From contig OX597830.1 in the NCBI GenBank assembly GCA_951406725.2, positions 68,448,001 through 68,512,000 of the forward strand: a stretch of 64,000 nucleotides of DNA, given 5' to 3'. The notes under the pieces are model-generated. The model did no database searches and had not been told where the DNA came from. It saw only the letters and a program-made list of their open reading frames with translations. Of the stretch, positions 38,891 through 53,375 are shown one piece after another. The stretch's first letter is position 1. The number at the start of each line of letters is the position of its first letter. The position numbers and the translations under genes are program-made. Origin of the DNA: Octopus vulgaris. Taxonomy: Eukaryota.

Positions 38891-39539
38891 GTAGGTCCCG
38901 GGTTGATTCGGGATTAACCACAGTAAATAAGGTACTCAATACATAGCAGAGTAAAATTAATTTATTATATAGAAGGAGCTTCTACAGGACTAGAACTGTT
39001 TCATTCAAGAGAAATCTTCAGGAAGCTAGTTAACAAGAATTGTATTGGCATTTATACATTTAGGCAGGTTTAAAGGGGTGTTGGTGGGGGACTTTTTGGG
39101 GGTAGGCATAGCGCAAAATATCATACTTGGGGGAGTGGTCAAGGAGTCAGTGTTAAGTTAGATAGAAGAATAAATAAAAAAATAAAAAAATATATATATA
39201 AAAAAAGGGAATAGAGTTTTAGGTAAATAAGGAGATTCTCACTTATACCTATGCACATATGTATACATATATACACACACATACAAACATATATACATAT
39301 ACATACACACATACATACACACACACATATATACATATATATACACTTACACATACATATACATATCTACACATACACATATATGTATACATACACACAC
39401 TCACATGCATACACGTATACACACATGTATATATACACACACGACCACACATACATATACACACAGAAAAATATATATACACACATACACACACATACAC
39501 GCATACACGCATACACACACATATCCACACACATATATG

Positions 39540-39540
<1 letters not shown>
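38891..39540 (-). mobile_element. Solo pLTR/3' end of another PLE-like family
   Basis: Unique island of about 360 bp with a hammerhead, next to an irregular CA/TA tract and flanked by (TA)n, the same layout as the main PLE 3' UTR. Confidence 0.6.
38977..39027 (-). ncRNA. Type I hammerhead ribozyme, canonical core
   Basis: AGCTTC CTGAAGA TTTCTCTTGAAT GAAA CAG TTCTAGTC CTG TA GAAGCT: 6-bp stem I, stem III ACAG/CTGT, GUA cleavage triplet. Confidence 0.88.
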
Positions 39541-40010
<470 letters not shown>

Positions 40011-41179
40011 TGTACTCCAGTCAGGTTTGCATTGTTGATGCCTATGTTATCTTCTGAGAATATAAATGCTTTTGTCACAAGAACTAATGCCCTCTTACAT
40101 TAGTTCTTGTGACAATGGATATGTGTAAAAAGAATACTGTATATCATTTTTATGAATATCTTTATATATTTTCTCACATTGGTGCAATCTTTTATACTGG
40201 AGGGCCAAACTATTATTCTTCATTCTGGTAGAGCCAGCTACTATTTTCCCAATAAGTAGAGTTGTCTACTTTATCTCTTACTGGTAGTTCCAGAAACTAT
40301 ATTCCATATATTTAGAGAAGCCTTCTATTTTTTTTTGTATTATTATGGCCAGTGTAGTAGTCTTCATTTTAGTACGGCGGGACACTAGAAAGGTCATCAT
40401 GTAGCTGGAACGACTATGCATCCCGAGGTAGGACAATTTTATGCAGAATTAGGAGTAGAAAGCAGTAAAGTATGAGCGAAAAGGGTTTGAACAGAACAAG
40501 TTCGTTGTTACACAGGAGAGAGATGAACGAGTGGAGAAGGAAAATGATGGACGATAGGGGTTACGAGGTGCCAAAAAGGACATTGAAGCTAAAAGATTGG
40601 TAGAAATTCGTGGGGAGCAGGAGCTATCTTATAATACAGAACAACAGGAAAAACAAAGATGGCACAGTAAAAAAGACAAGAGAGATGACATGCTGGTGAG
40701 TAGACTGAGGAATGAGCGGCGAAGAGAAAGGAGAGGGTGACAGGTGTAGTGGTGGCGGCGGCGGCGAGATAATTTGATGGCATAGTGGGGTGGGTGGGAG
40801 TGATGAATGAAAGTGTGGGTGGAAAGAACAATATTAAATGATGAAGGATGGATAAATAGTGAATTTATTCTGGATAGAAAGAAAAGTGGTATCAAGTAAG
40901 AACTGGTGTTAGGGAGTTGATGGAGGTGGTGGATGCTCGAAGAGAATTGAAATTGGGTGAAGGTCCGAGTTAAACATAAATATACATACACAACTTTACA
41001 AGAGCACCGTTCCACTGAGGTGGTATGTCTTTTGGAGAACTGCATATCACCAGTGATACTGGTTCTCTATAATTTCTTCCATGGTGTCCAAGCTTTTAAT
41101 CACATCTCTGAAGTTCAAAATCCTGAGATAAGCCTTACGCACGCACACACACACACACTCACACGCACGCGCGCGCGCG

Positions 41180-41263
<84 letters not shown>

Positions 41264-41272
41264 AGCTATTAA

Positions 41273-42560
41273 CACTGGTCGTCATCTTTTGAAAAGTCGT
41301 GTGCTTCTTAAATAAGATTAGTTAATTCTTATGTATTTTCATGTCCTGAATCCAAATATCACATTGAAAAATGCTTATTAGCTATAGGTTGAAAGACACA
41401 CGACATATAATATTTGATTATTTTATTATAACGTACAGTTTTTGTCATTATGTTTAATGCTCTAGTCCGTATCTACTCCCTGCCTTTTTGCTTGACGCTT
41501 ATAGAGGGCTGAAGAATAATGTCCAGCAAGCATCGTTTTGCTCCATTTGCCCTGGTACCGCTGTGTCCATAGTTGAAATATCTTGGTAAAACCGTCAACC
41601 ATGTTCGTCACTAACAGCCCCACAGCTCGCTAGAAAAACGTCTAAATGTGTCTCCAAACGTGGATTTAACATGACATGTTACATCTCATATTCTTGTAAG
41701 CCTTGGCGAGGTTTTCCATTAGTTCTTTAAGAAGCTCTCAGCTCTGAGGACCAATGAAGACTCCCTCTTTTATCATAGCATTGCTCAGTGGGGGTGGGAA
41801 TTCTGATGTTAAATACTTGAATCCTTGACCAGATTTGTCCATAGCTTTTACAAATATTTTCATGAGCCCCACTTTTATGTCTAGTGATGGGAGAAAAATT
41901 TTGCTTGGCTCAGTGAGAGGTGGAAGTTGAACATTTTTCATCCCAAGTTTCAACGTTTGACGAGGTGACCAGTCTCTCCTGATACAGTGCGAACCTCTTG
42001 CACAGCTATCCCATTCACACAGAAAGTAACAGAACTTGGTGTATCCGTTCTGAGAGCCCATCACAAAAGCAACAACCTTTAAGTCATCACAGAGCTGCCA
42101 TTGATGTTCACTATATTTTATGCATTGCAGCATAAGCTTTATATTCTCATATGTTTTTTTCATATATGATTCATAGCCCACATGAACTGAAGCTTCACTA
42201 TTGCCATTATGCAACAAGAGAGCTTTCAGGCAAATTTTTCATGAATCCATGAACAGCCTTCAGTGACTGGGTTCGTATTCAATATCAAGTGCTTCCATCA
42301 GACCATTAATATTTTTTCAGGCCAATAAATCACCTTTCATTATGAAAAAATTGCTGAACTGTTGCTGACGGTCATGAAATTTTGAAAGTTTACATCAGCT
42401 ATTCGGAGATTTCACTGTTGAAGACGAGAGCCTAGCTGCTCTGTCCTATTCTGAGGTAGTCATAGATCCTTGTCAAGGCCATGGAATTCCCGTTGTGTTA
42501 TGAGATGTGATACGGCGCTTCTGCGATGCAAAGGTCACCTCACCACAAATGTTGCAGAAG
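41273..42560 (-). mobile_element. Decayed Chapaev3 (CMC superfamily) DNA transposon
   Basis: LHNGN...Y..HQWQLCDDLKVV...GYTKFC.FLCEWDS..LPSLDIKVGLMK.FVKAMD..KEGVFIGPQ; CAC-starting terminus at 41273. Confidence 0.8.
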
Positions 42561-43447
42561 TTGTCTGCCTTATTCACACAAGTGCGAGGCATTTAAAGAA
42601 GACGACAAACAATAAGCAGATAAACAGAAAATTCGTTCATAAATTTATCATTAGCAGAAGTGTTTATATCATTCAGTAGAAAAATAAAATTAATATAAAA
42701 TGCCTCATATGCATATCAACAGCTTGCTCAATGAATATTTATTATAAGTTTAAAAAGTGTTTGACTAGGAAAATCATTTATCTTTTACCTCCGTATATAA
42801 ACTTGCACAGCACAACCACATCCGACGACTTCTCTAACAATTCTGAAGGGCAGTGCAACTGTGAGTGCGATAAGAAACATACTACTGCGTCCTTTTGGAA
42901 ATTTGTTTTTAATAGGATACCAACGTTGGCAGTGGAATTTATCTTGAAGGTTTCACCAATCAATAGATCTTTCAATTGATGGAGGCTACAAAAATATTAA
43001 ATATATTAAACAACAAGATCATTTATCTTTAGCATCTGTTCTTTTCTTCCTTTCATTTTAGTCTCTATTTTTTAACTATGCATTAGGTGTATTGTATAAC
43101 TTTCTCAGCCTGACAGATGTTTAAATTGGTGAAATAAAATTCTCTTATCATCATGTGGCTCTGTTTCTATCCGGAAGATTTGATTCATTCCAATCCCATG
43201 TCAAAACCAGTGTACCATGCTAAAAACTATAAATCAATAGAAAACAAATTCATGTGTACTTGTGTTAATATGGATTGGATTATCTCTTCCAGATAATTGT
43301 AGTTATACTTATTTATTATAGTATTTCTGTTCAGTTATGTCTTCTCTGTATAATTTGTTATAGAATTTGAAACTCTGTGTTATTAATGTCAGATGCTGAA
43401 ATCTCATCATTCCTGCAAATATTCATATTATTTTCTTTTATTTTCAG

Positions 43448-43484
43448 ACATCTCAGAAATGGATAAAGAAAAACATTAAACTAA
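43448..43484 (+). CDS. TRPM N-terminal micro-exon (TSQKWIKKTLN* in the upstream frame; MDKENIKLR from the ATG at 43459)
   Basis: ttttctttattttcag acceptor and gtaatt donor; resembles the SQKSWIE/WIxENIKK start of TRPM MHR1. Confidence 0.6.
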
Positions 43485-45599
43485 GGTAATTCAAGAAATA
43501 TGCCCCTAAATTTTATAATGTATAAGTACACATATATTAGGATTTCAGTTATGGTAATGTTGTAAATTGAAACATTTTTATCAGTTGAGATTCTTCCAGT
43601 AATTAGTATACAAAAACATCGCTTAGAGATGTGGATATCTAAAAGCAATGGGCGGGAGAGGTAACTAAAAGAATCTCTTAATTGTTGATTTCCATATAAG
43701 TAATTTTTTCTTATGTGAAATTTGACTGGCGACTGTTGGTGCTGCCACCTACAGTTGCTTTCGGAATAAGAGAAGTTGAGAAAGAAAGTTTACTAAGAAA
43801 TAGGGAGAGAGTAAGGTTTTCTATTTTCTTTACTTTTAACAGTGGATTAGAGATGCAGAAGGCGAGAGACAGTGATAGAATGAGGGAAAGTCTCTTACAT
43901 GTTTAGGATTTCATTCCAGTAGTTTTTCAAAGATATTGTTTTATTTCTCTTGTTAATTTTCTCCCTCCAGTGCTTGTTAGATTGTTCTTCATACAGACTT
44001 CATTACCATTTCCTTTACAAACTACATGCACACCCCTCTGTGTTTCTCTCGGGTGCAAACGTGGGATCTCTTGTATTTCCACGCTGCTTATCACGTGAGG
44101 ATGACTTAGGATTAATTTCCAATATATTTCATCTCGCCATGGTACCTTTCCGTTTGTTTTGTGTGTAGCATTCAGAATTCAACCATCGTTCGAAACACAC
44201 GTGGGAAATGTGACCGGTAACTGTTGTTGCTGCTACCTACAGATGATTTTGAGTAAGAGAGAGAGAGAGAGAAAGTGAGTGAGTTACCTAGAAATAGAAG
44301 GGAGGGTGAGGTTTTCCTTTAAAGAGTAAGAACCACACAGGGCTTATATTTTTTATTATTACAAGATTTTTTCTTACGAGGGAGAGAACATAAAATAATA
44401 TTTCTATATAATTCAATTTTCCACCTCATTTTTGAGTGTCCTAGTAGCTGGAAATAACATTATTTCGCTTTTCTTTGAGCATCCCAATACATCATAACTT
44501 AGTATCATGAGGCCAGTTGGACTATGTTCATTTAAAACATTTAGGAATTATATACAGTCGATTTTCTTATTTCCGTTTTCTTTCTTTGTTTCTTAAACGC
44601 TTAGCACTTAAGAAAAGAAGTGAAGAGATAGAAGCAGAGAAATAAAATCTCAGGGGTTTTCTCATAATAATTTGGGAATATATTAAATTGTTACATTTCC
44701 AAATCCTACTCCCTTAGATCACCGGTATTATTTATGAAAAGCATAAAAATGGAGATCAACAGAAGACTAAAAAAAGTTAAATCTGATTGGTGTTTGATAT
44801 AACAATATATCATTTCTGTTCAATTATTACTCTTAATACAGTAATGGCATAAATAATTTTAATAATCACACACATGTTTATGAGTGAAAGAGGTTAGGTT
44901 TTGTGATGCCGATTTGTTTCTCTTTTATATAAAGAACAAATTAAAGTGAATTAAGCAAAAGTTAAAACTGGTTTGTGAACTCAGTGGGAAATCCACAGCA
45001 TCTGCTAATAATGATCCTAATTATATTTATGGAGAGAGCGAGAGAGAGAGAGAGAGAGAGAGAGGTGAGAGAGAGAGAGAGAGAGAGAGATTTTGAAATT
45101 TTACTTTTCTGGCTGGGGACTTGATCTAATTTTATGTGAAGAAACTGAAATGAGTTCATCATAGATGATGAGTTATAACCACGACAACGTATATTGTTAG
45201 AAGTGTTTTCTTATATAATATTAAATATGAAGAAGTCTCCAAAGGTTAAATCGAACATGCATTTTGGAAGTTTGAGACGAAGATCAAAATGTCTAGCTTT
45301 ATTGTTACTTAAAAATTCTATAAATGCCAGTTTCCCCTCTTTCCCAAGATGTTAGGGCGAAAGCGGTAATTAAAACATGAAATCCAAAATATGAGAAATC
45401 CTGGTCTTTGTGTTCCGCAGCAAATGTAAATCATAGAAAGAAAATATATGGAAAATTTAAAAGAAAGTCAGCGTATTTAGCCAATTGGAAATGAAAAAGA
45501 TGGCAAACATTGAAGCAAAAGACATTTTATTGGAGAAAGATATCTTTTGCAATGAAAATGTGTTGCTGTGAAGATTTAATTTTGATGTAGGGACATGAA

Positions 45600-45618
45600 A
45601 GAGAAACATTCTCCTCCT

Positions 45619-45677
<59 letters not shown>

Positions 45678-46270
45678 CTGTTTAACGTCCATCCACCTTG
45701 CTGCTATGGGTTTGACGGTGTGACAGGAGCTGGCCATCCAAGAAGCTCTCCAGACTCCAATTGTCTGTTTTTACATGGTTTCTAGGGCTGGATGCCCTTC
45801 CTAACGCCAACCACTTTGCAGAGTGTGCTGGGTGCACTTTACGTGCCACCGGCACAGGTTCATTTTACATGGCACTAGAACCTGTAAATCACATGCCTGT
45901 GTATATGGATGACCGGGATATTACTTAGCGTGGTACGTCTTTTCAAGTACAGCAGATCATCACAGCTCCCGGTCCCTTGATATTTCCTCAGTGTAGCCCA
46001 GTGTCTGAAGATACTTTCTCACCATTTCGTCCCATCGCATCTTTCCCCCATGTATTCCATCCACAAGTTCTCTCCACAATTAGGGATCAGCTCTTCTTTA
46101 TGCAACCGTCCTCATCCACACGCAACACATGACCAAACCAGCGCAGTCTCTTCTCTTGCTCACAACATCTGATGCCTCTTAAATCATATAGTTTTCCTCT
46201 TAAATCATATACACTCTGACATCCAGCGGAGCATTCTAGCTTCGTTTCTTTCAAGTGTTCGCAAGTCATC
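45600..46270 (-). mobile_element. RTE-type LINE 3' fragment with (GAT)n tail
   Basis: RLRWFGHVLR motif; ggctggatgcccttcctaacgccaacc 3' UTR; (cat)n/(cct)n tract. Confidence 0.75.
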
Positions 46271-46818
46271 TGTTGTCATAGCTCATATTCCACCGCCAGT
46301 GGTTTCATTAAAATAAATCCAACAGTAATGGGGAATCTACAAAAAAAAAATTAACCTGAATATTGAAAAATGTTTCTGTCTTTAACTTTTTTGATGTACT
46401 ACAATTTGCTGTTAATGTTATTCTCGTTTTGTTTTTTAAAAAGAAATATAATTCGTCTAATGTTGATTACGATACTATTTCCACGTTTTGCAAAAATTTC
46501 CGAGATGATAGTGACTTATACCTGTCATTCTGGCACCTTTTCATTTTCATGGAAGTGAAGCATAATTTTGAAGGAAAAGTAATTTTATGGAAACGAAATC
46601 ATTAATCTGTAATCCTTGAACATTTTTCTATTCAATTTTTATTAACTTTGGCAGCTGCTCTATTTATCTGCAAAAGACATAGGAGTAATACATATGCATA
46701 AAGTGACTGGCTTAATATACCTGCAGCAGGATTAAATGAAGTATGTCTACATTGCTGCCATCAGTTCCAGCATTATTTATTCATTTTTTAAAAATTATTT
46801 TCTTTTGCTTCTATTCAG

Positions 46819-46891
46819 AATATATATTATACTCACACACCAAAATATCTAAGAATGCCACAGAAAATTCAATTGACTGAATCTCAGACGA
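46819..46891 (+). pseudogene. Candidate TRPM exon with in-frame TGA (EYILYSHTKISKNATENSID*ISDE)
   Basis: tcttttgcttctattcag acceptor and gtaaaa donor; phase 1-2 links exon 43448-43484 to exon 48570-48654; position matches the TRPM 'RECxxxxP' exon. Confidence 0.4.
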
Positions 46892-47399
46892 GTAAAATTT
46901 ACAAAGAACAAAATGATAAAATGCTGCTGTATTAGAAAAGACACAACACTATGTAGAATTGTTATTTTCTTTGAAAAGAAAGCCTAGGGGCTAATAATGC
47001 AGAAACAGTATCAGACGTCCCTTTTGAAGAACCAGCTGCATTCCTAAGTAGATCTGCAGAAAAGAGGAAGAACGTATTAGCTCAAAACATTCAAGGTGAA
47101 GAATCCTCATGTCCTACTGTCATGAATAGCAAAGGAGCATCATGGGATCCAGACACAGTCATATGATTTTCTGTCAGAGAAAAGTATTTGTCCATGTTCT
47201 TTCAGGCAAAAATCAGCCATATGTTAAAATAAAATTGCCTCCGACACCTTCCCAGTATCTCGACACCATTATAAACCAAGTGAAGGCAAACTGGCTGGGC
47301 ACTATCGTTGTTTTAAAAATTTAATGTTTTATACCATTCATGACAATGGTGAGCAGTTTTTTTTAAAGATGTGACCCCTGTACAGCTCATCAGAGGGTA

Positions 47400-47975
47400 A
47401 GGTTTATTGTTTTTACTGCACTCTCCTGCAAGGTCAACATGACAGGTTTTCCAACAAGGAAGGCTTTACTGAAGTGAGAAAAGCAGAGGAGAAACTGAAA
47501 ACAGAAGAACAAAGTCAAGCCCCATCTTTTATGCAGGGATCATCTCATGTTAACAAGGAGTTGGAAGAACAAGTCCAGGGAAACAAGAAATACTGGACTG
47601 AAGTATTGCATTCTTTCATGTAGTGACTGTGACAATATTTCTAGTTGAGAGAGGTCTGGCATTTAGAGGTAGTGAAGAGATAGTTGGCTGAGAAATTTTC
47701 TGATAATTATGGAACTTATAGAACAATTTGATCCATTTCTTATGGGTCACTTGAAAACCTTTGGCAATACTGGAAGTGGTAGCAGTCGTACTTATTACCT
47801 ACCATCTACGAAGAAATTGTTCTGTTGATGGCAAAACATATCAAGAATTATATTGTTGCAGATTTTAAAACTGCCAAGTATTTCCCTGTTTCTGTAGATC
47901 CAACACCAGAATGTTGCTCAGCTTTCAGTTATTGTGCGTTATGTTCTTTCGGGTAAGCCAATAGAAATTTTGAAA
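47400..47975 (+). mobile_element. Decayed hAT (ZMYM1/DUF4371-like) transposase fragment
   Basis: FLVERGLAFRG...NFLIIMELIEQFDPFL..HL...AKYFPVSVDPTP...QLSVIVRYV. Confidence 0.8.
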
Positions 47976-48569
47976 ACTGCAGGAGACAGTCTTATGACAA
48001 TGCCAGTATTATGTCCTGTCATTTTGACGATTGATGGTATGGAATGCGGAATTGGTTGTAGGTATGAGATTTCTAGTAGAGGAGAACGGAGAGAGGGTAT
48101 TCCTGTTGAGATAGGGTGTTGATGTGTGTATCAGTGATACCTGGATAAGGTGGTCAGAGACCATCCAGCAGAGGCTATTGTATTAGCGGTAGAAAAGGCA
48201 GAGAAGACACAGCACAGTATGGGTCAGAATTTGGTGTGTATTTGTAAGTGACTTCGTGCCAGTCTCTGAATACGGCCTTATCATACCGCAGATGTGGAAT
48301 GGTGAAACCCATTTCCTTAATTTATTTTGACGGCAACATATTTCTTATTTTTCCTTTTCAGTTTATTTAAAAGTAATCATTATTTGATTCAACTAAATTA
48401 AAATTTATTTATTTATTTCCGTGTATGGATTTATGTATCTATGTCGGTGATATTTGTATCTTTCATTGGAGTTGTTCTTTATCTCTTGATTTTGTCATTT
48501 TTCCTCTTCTACCTTCCCCATCACAACTTTACTTCAACAGTTCATTTGGTTTCTGTTTGTCTTTGATAG

Positions 48570-48654
48570 AAATTCTAAAGATGAGGAGCCATCAATACCC
48601 TGTAATGCATTTGGTAAAATAAAGTTTACAGAATATAATCAGGAAAATGCAACG
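48570..48654 (+). CDS. TRPM: TRPM exon (phase 2-0, NSKDEEPSIPCNAFGKIKFTEYNQENAT)
   Basis: gtctttgatag/gtattc splice sites; PCNAFGKIKF matches the TRPM PT(D/N)AFGxIxF motif; not in the ORF track. Confidence 0.8.
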
Positions 48655-48831
48655 GTATTCTTTTTGCTTGCTTTTTATTGATGTTGTTTGTAGAAATTAT
48701 CCAATAATCAGCTGAATATTTTGTCCTTGGATTTGTATAGCAACAACATTTTACATGCTTTTTGTGAATATTTTTACATATCGTTTCTTTTTTTTTTGTA
48801 TAGTTGGCTGTTATTTTTTATATTGGTGTGT

Positions 48832-48869
<38 letters not shown>

Positions 48870-48959
48870 ATGGATAGAAGTGATTCTGGGAGGTAAAAAA
48901 AACTTGAAAGTGCTATCATTTAAGGTTACTATATGTGGAGATAACATAGAAGAAAGATC

Positions 48960-50190
48960 TTTCCAACAGAATGACTAGTCATTCTAGCTGGTAGCAATAT
49001 GATAGATAGGGCCCTGAAGAATATTAAAGCAGGAGAAATCCCATTAGCAATTACTATTATAAGGTTTAAAATACTTGGCACTGTGGGATAGGGCTTAGTT
49101 ACTTGTATAGTCAATCAGATTATACAGGAAAGTGGTATACCTAGTGACTGGCATTACAGCATTACAACAATTGTTACATGCATAAAGGGAATGCTATAGA
49201 AAGGTAATCACAGGAGTATCAAATTGCTGGACAAGGACACAAAAGTTATGGGAACAACTACAGCTCAAGCAATTACAGAAAAAGACGAGACGAGATAAAG
49301 TTCGGTTCTGTGCAATAGATAAGTATTAAAAAATCCATGTTTTGGGGAAGTGACTGCAGATGTATTTGGGTAAGAGTAAGCTGCTCTACTTAGCATTCAT
49401 TGATCTGCAGAAAACGTTTCACAGAGTTCCTTACTCTGAAAAGGTGAGGTCAAAGAAGAAGCTAGCAGCAGAAGAATAGCTTATGACAGCCACACAAACC
49501 CTATACAGAGATACTATTAGAAATTCCATGCGGTATACTTAGTGCAAACTATAGAAACACAAGAGTTGCCGTAGTATCACAGACAGTTTAACAGAGAAAG
49601 TAGACTCCTATATGCAATTGATGCACACTAGCAAAGAAATTCTATATGTGCATAGGAAATAGATTTTCTGAAATGCTCAGGAAGATCCTTAAACAAAAAA
49701 GATAGTTTCTATTACCCATCAGTGGAGAGGTTGTTCTGAAGTTATAGCTACTAAAATAAAAACAGGCTGGAGAAATTTCAAGAGGTTTTTCCCTCTGTTG
49801 GTAACAAAATGCTTCCCTATCAGAATGAAAAACTGATTGTATGATGCTATATACAAACAACAGTGCTCCATAGTAATAAGATGTGGGCTCTAAATGCAGT
49901 GGACATGTGAAAACCTACGTACTCCGTTGGATGTGAAAAATCTGTGTGTATGAACAACAAAGTACAAATGTATTTAAGAGAAAAGTTAGGCACAAGAGGA
50001 ATCATATGCGTTCGAGGGAGAAGACTATGTTTATATGACCATATGATGGTTATGAAAGAGGCTAGCTGTATAACGACATGCTGATCATTGTAAATGGTTG
50101 GCTCTTGTGGAAAAGATAACGTAGAACTAAGTAGTGAAAGCTGATTTCAGAATTTTGAATCCGAAAGAGATGACAAAATATTGGGACGAA
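48960..50190 (+). mobile_element. Highly decayed RTE-type LINE RT
   Basis: GIPSDW..KGNAIE..NHRSIKLL and AFIDLQKTFHRVP remnants. Confidence 0.65.
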
Positions 50191-50879
50191 GAGGTGCCCT
50201 TCATTGGATCCCCTGTTTTCACTCTCTCCAAGACGTCTTGCATCATGGCAACTCTCTTCTAACTCATTCTTTCAGCTTCACTTCCTCAGATCGCCTCTTG
50301 ATGCAGCTTCATGCACTTTGGAGCCATCCTGTTATATGATAGTGCTCTACCAGTTTTCCGCATATTGAGAGCAGTTCTAACCTACTCATGTGCTCGCTCA
50401 GATCTCAAATCCCATTTCCTCTCTAAAATACGGGTCTGCCCACCTTACCTCTTTCGTGTTTGAGCCTCAGCGCAATGCCTCCTATAGCCTCGGTGGTTTG
50501 CAGTCAACTCACACCACCTCAAATGACCCACAATTTACTCTACCAACTGCACATACTAATCTATCCAGAATGCGATATGTGTAGGAACTCGTAGCCTGTG
50601 CTACCTTGGTCATCAAGATCGTCCTAAGAACCTTCGCCATGATTTTTGGTTCTGCACTGAAACCGAATGCCAGTCGGATCAGGAAATATATTCTGTTCTT
50701 GTACCTCACCAGATAGTACCACCACTATTTCTCAGAGCTGTAGATATACCGACTTAACATCGACGATCGTAGTCGTTACTTTTGTCAGCCCCTGTCCCGC
50801 AAAATTTCACCGCCCTAAAAGCATTATACGTGCTCATTCAACTCCCAAAAATCTAGCAATGGTTAGACTTTATTCTTTA

Positions 50880-52420
50880 TCGGTTGGACCCTAACACACT
50901 AGTGGGAGGACTCCATTCTTCATTTCCTTTCTGCACTGTGGTAAAATGCCTTATTTTCTCCGTCTGTCCAGCCATGTTGCCTTGGCATCTTGTTAACAGG
51001 AACGACAAAGTGTTCACTGCCAATATAGACAAAATTACCGATAGAATATCGCCCTGGAATGTGCCTGTTGATAGCTTAATCCTGTTTGTACCAATAGGTG
51101 TTGCATTCATAGTTGTCAGTGATAACTGTGTAGACCACGTTGTGGTCATCCATGAGTGAGCACCGATTCAAACACCTTCTTGCAGTCTAGCCATATTGTT
51201 AAGATGTTACAACGATGTTGCTTAACTTCTTTCAGGGCATCTTTGTTAAAGAGGCCCTGTCCAGTACAGCTGCAAACCCCTTTCTTTCCCCCTGCCACTT
51301 CGTGAGTTATCACACCATTTGTTTGACAATGGTCCTGGGGAGATTTATTCAGGCAACCTGCGTAAAGTTCAAGCCTATAGTTTTTGGTCACATTGGACTC
51401 TTCGTTCTTGCGGGCAGTCGTATTCCGTGCGAACGTCAGCCAATCTGGTATATCTAGCTCTGCATTCGTTCTTTTTTGCAGCAAGGCCATGAGAATTTCT
51501 CTGAAGAATGTGAGATTTCTGTACCTGTAGCATGTTACCAGGTCTCTCCCAGATGGTTTTCCTTTCGGCAGTTACATAATAACCATCAGTTAATTTCTTC
51601 TTGTATAGGTGTGTTTTTGATCTCGTCATTATGTAGTAGTAAAAGGATAGAGATAGGGTAATGTTGTAGAAAACAAAATTGAGTAGTGGATGTCAGAGAG
51701 TAGTGGGAAGTTGTATGTCTCATATTGTTTTCTTTCTCCCTCTGGCCATTTGTCTCAAGTGGCTGTCTGCCGGTGGCCATCTCTAGTTGCCTCCGTTCAC
51801 TAACTGATATTTCCTTAGCAAATTCTAGTATTTATAACTATACAAAACTAGTTAGAAAGATAGCTATGCTGCAAAGACAATGGATATACCTTGAGGGGTT
51901 GACTGTTATCTCAATTCAACTCCCCATCGCATACAAAAGGTTAGAAGAGTCAAGTGGCAAAGACATAATTCAACTTAGCAAAAGCCATGTGTTCATTTTA
52001 TTGCTGTCAACTTAATGTCTCTTTATGACAAAAGTGCTGTTGAAATGTGAAAGGAAATTTGTCGATTCAGGTTCGAATCTACTCTATGCCTAAATGAAGT
52101 CCACTACAATAATATCACTGATCATACTGCGATATAGAGTTTGTGGGTTTCGGGAAAATTGTGTGCAATTTTTTACAATAGCAGCGTTGTTCATTTACTG
52201 CTCGTAAATCGTGTTTGAGGATGACCAGTTGGCTTGTGAGTGTTTCTCGATGACAATTCTCATACCATTTGGAGAATCTATCATGCTGTTGTAGCTAGTG
52301 ATTTGTGAAGTCATTTTTAGCTTTGGATTTCATAATAAAATCCAACTGTTCTATTTTTTCTATCTCCATTATGTTATTGGGGTGCGGTGAGTTAATCCAT
52401 TTTGGATTATCATTATCCTT
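50880..52420 (-). mobile_element. Decayed Dong/R4-type LINE fragments
   Basis: IPDWLT.ART, WLDCKKVFESV.H, GTFQGDILSVILSILAVNTLS; QFSRNPQTLYRSM at about 52125-52170. Confidence 0.7.
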
Positions 52421-53119
52421 TGGATCAGTCTCTTTGGATCAGCCATATGTGGAAACAAAGTTACTGCGGCAACATATAGCAGGATATTTTTTTGTCCAAA
52501 AGCAAGGAGCTTGAATTTGAGTTACTTGTTCTCTTACAAATTCGTCACTCGTAGATTACATCATGTCAGTGGTGCTTTTCCAAACTCTTGTCGGTATTGT
52601 TATCCCTTGCAGTACCTTATGTATATAAGACGTGAAGTTCTGCTTGAACTCGATGTAAGCTGCGATTTTAGTATTCGATGCCATAATGTGTGTGTGTTTG
52701 TGTTTGTATGTATGTATGTTTGTATGTATGTATGTATGTATGTATGTATGTATGTATGTATGAATTATGTGTCTGTGTATGAATATATGTGTGTATGTAC
52801 TGATGTGCGTGCGTACACATACGCACGCATGCACACACGCTTGCATGCGTACAACTTGGGTAATAGTCTATTTTACTCTTGTGATGTTATGAATTATATT
52901 AAACTGGAGTGAATTTTACTAATTCTTAGCTGCATATGACATTGATATTCGAAATTTACTCTGTTGTGACGGAATGATTGAAAAAAGTATTACAAAACAG
53001 GAGAGAGATAACATAATATTTTCTTGTAAAGAATTGTTTAAAGAAATCACTAATTCTAAGTTTTATATTTATGGCTAAACTCTATGTATGATAGAAAAAT
53101 TCAAAAGTGTTGCAATATA

Positions 53120-53283
53120 GGCGTAGGAGTGGCTGTGTGGTAAGTAGCTTGCTTACCAACCACTTGGTTCGGGTTCAGTCCCACTGCGTGGCACCTTGGG
53201 CAAATGTCTTCTGCTATAGCCCCGGGCCGACCAATGCCATGTGAGTGGATTTGGTAGACGGAAACTGAAAGAAGCCTGTCGTA

Positions 53284-53375
<92 letters not shown>

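Noticed and set aside
52122-52165. SYCDIEFVGFGK on + looks like the TRPM 'GDIEFVGFG' motif
   Set aside because: No splice sites and flanked by stops; the minus strand reads as a Dong LINE motif (QFSRNPQTLYRSM), and the true exon is at 48570-48654.
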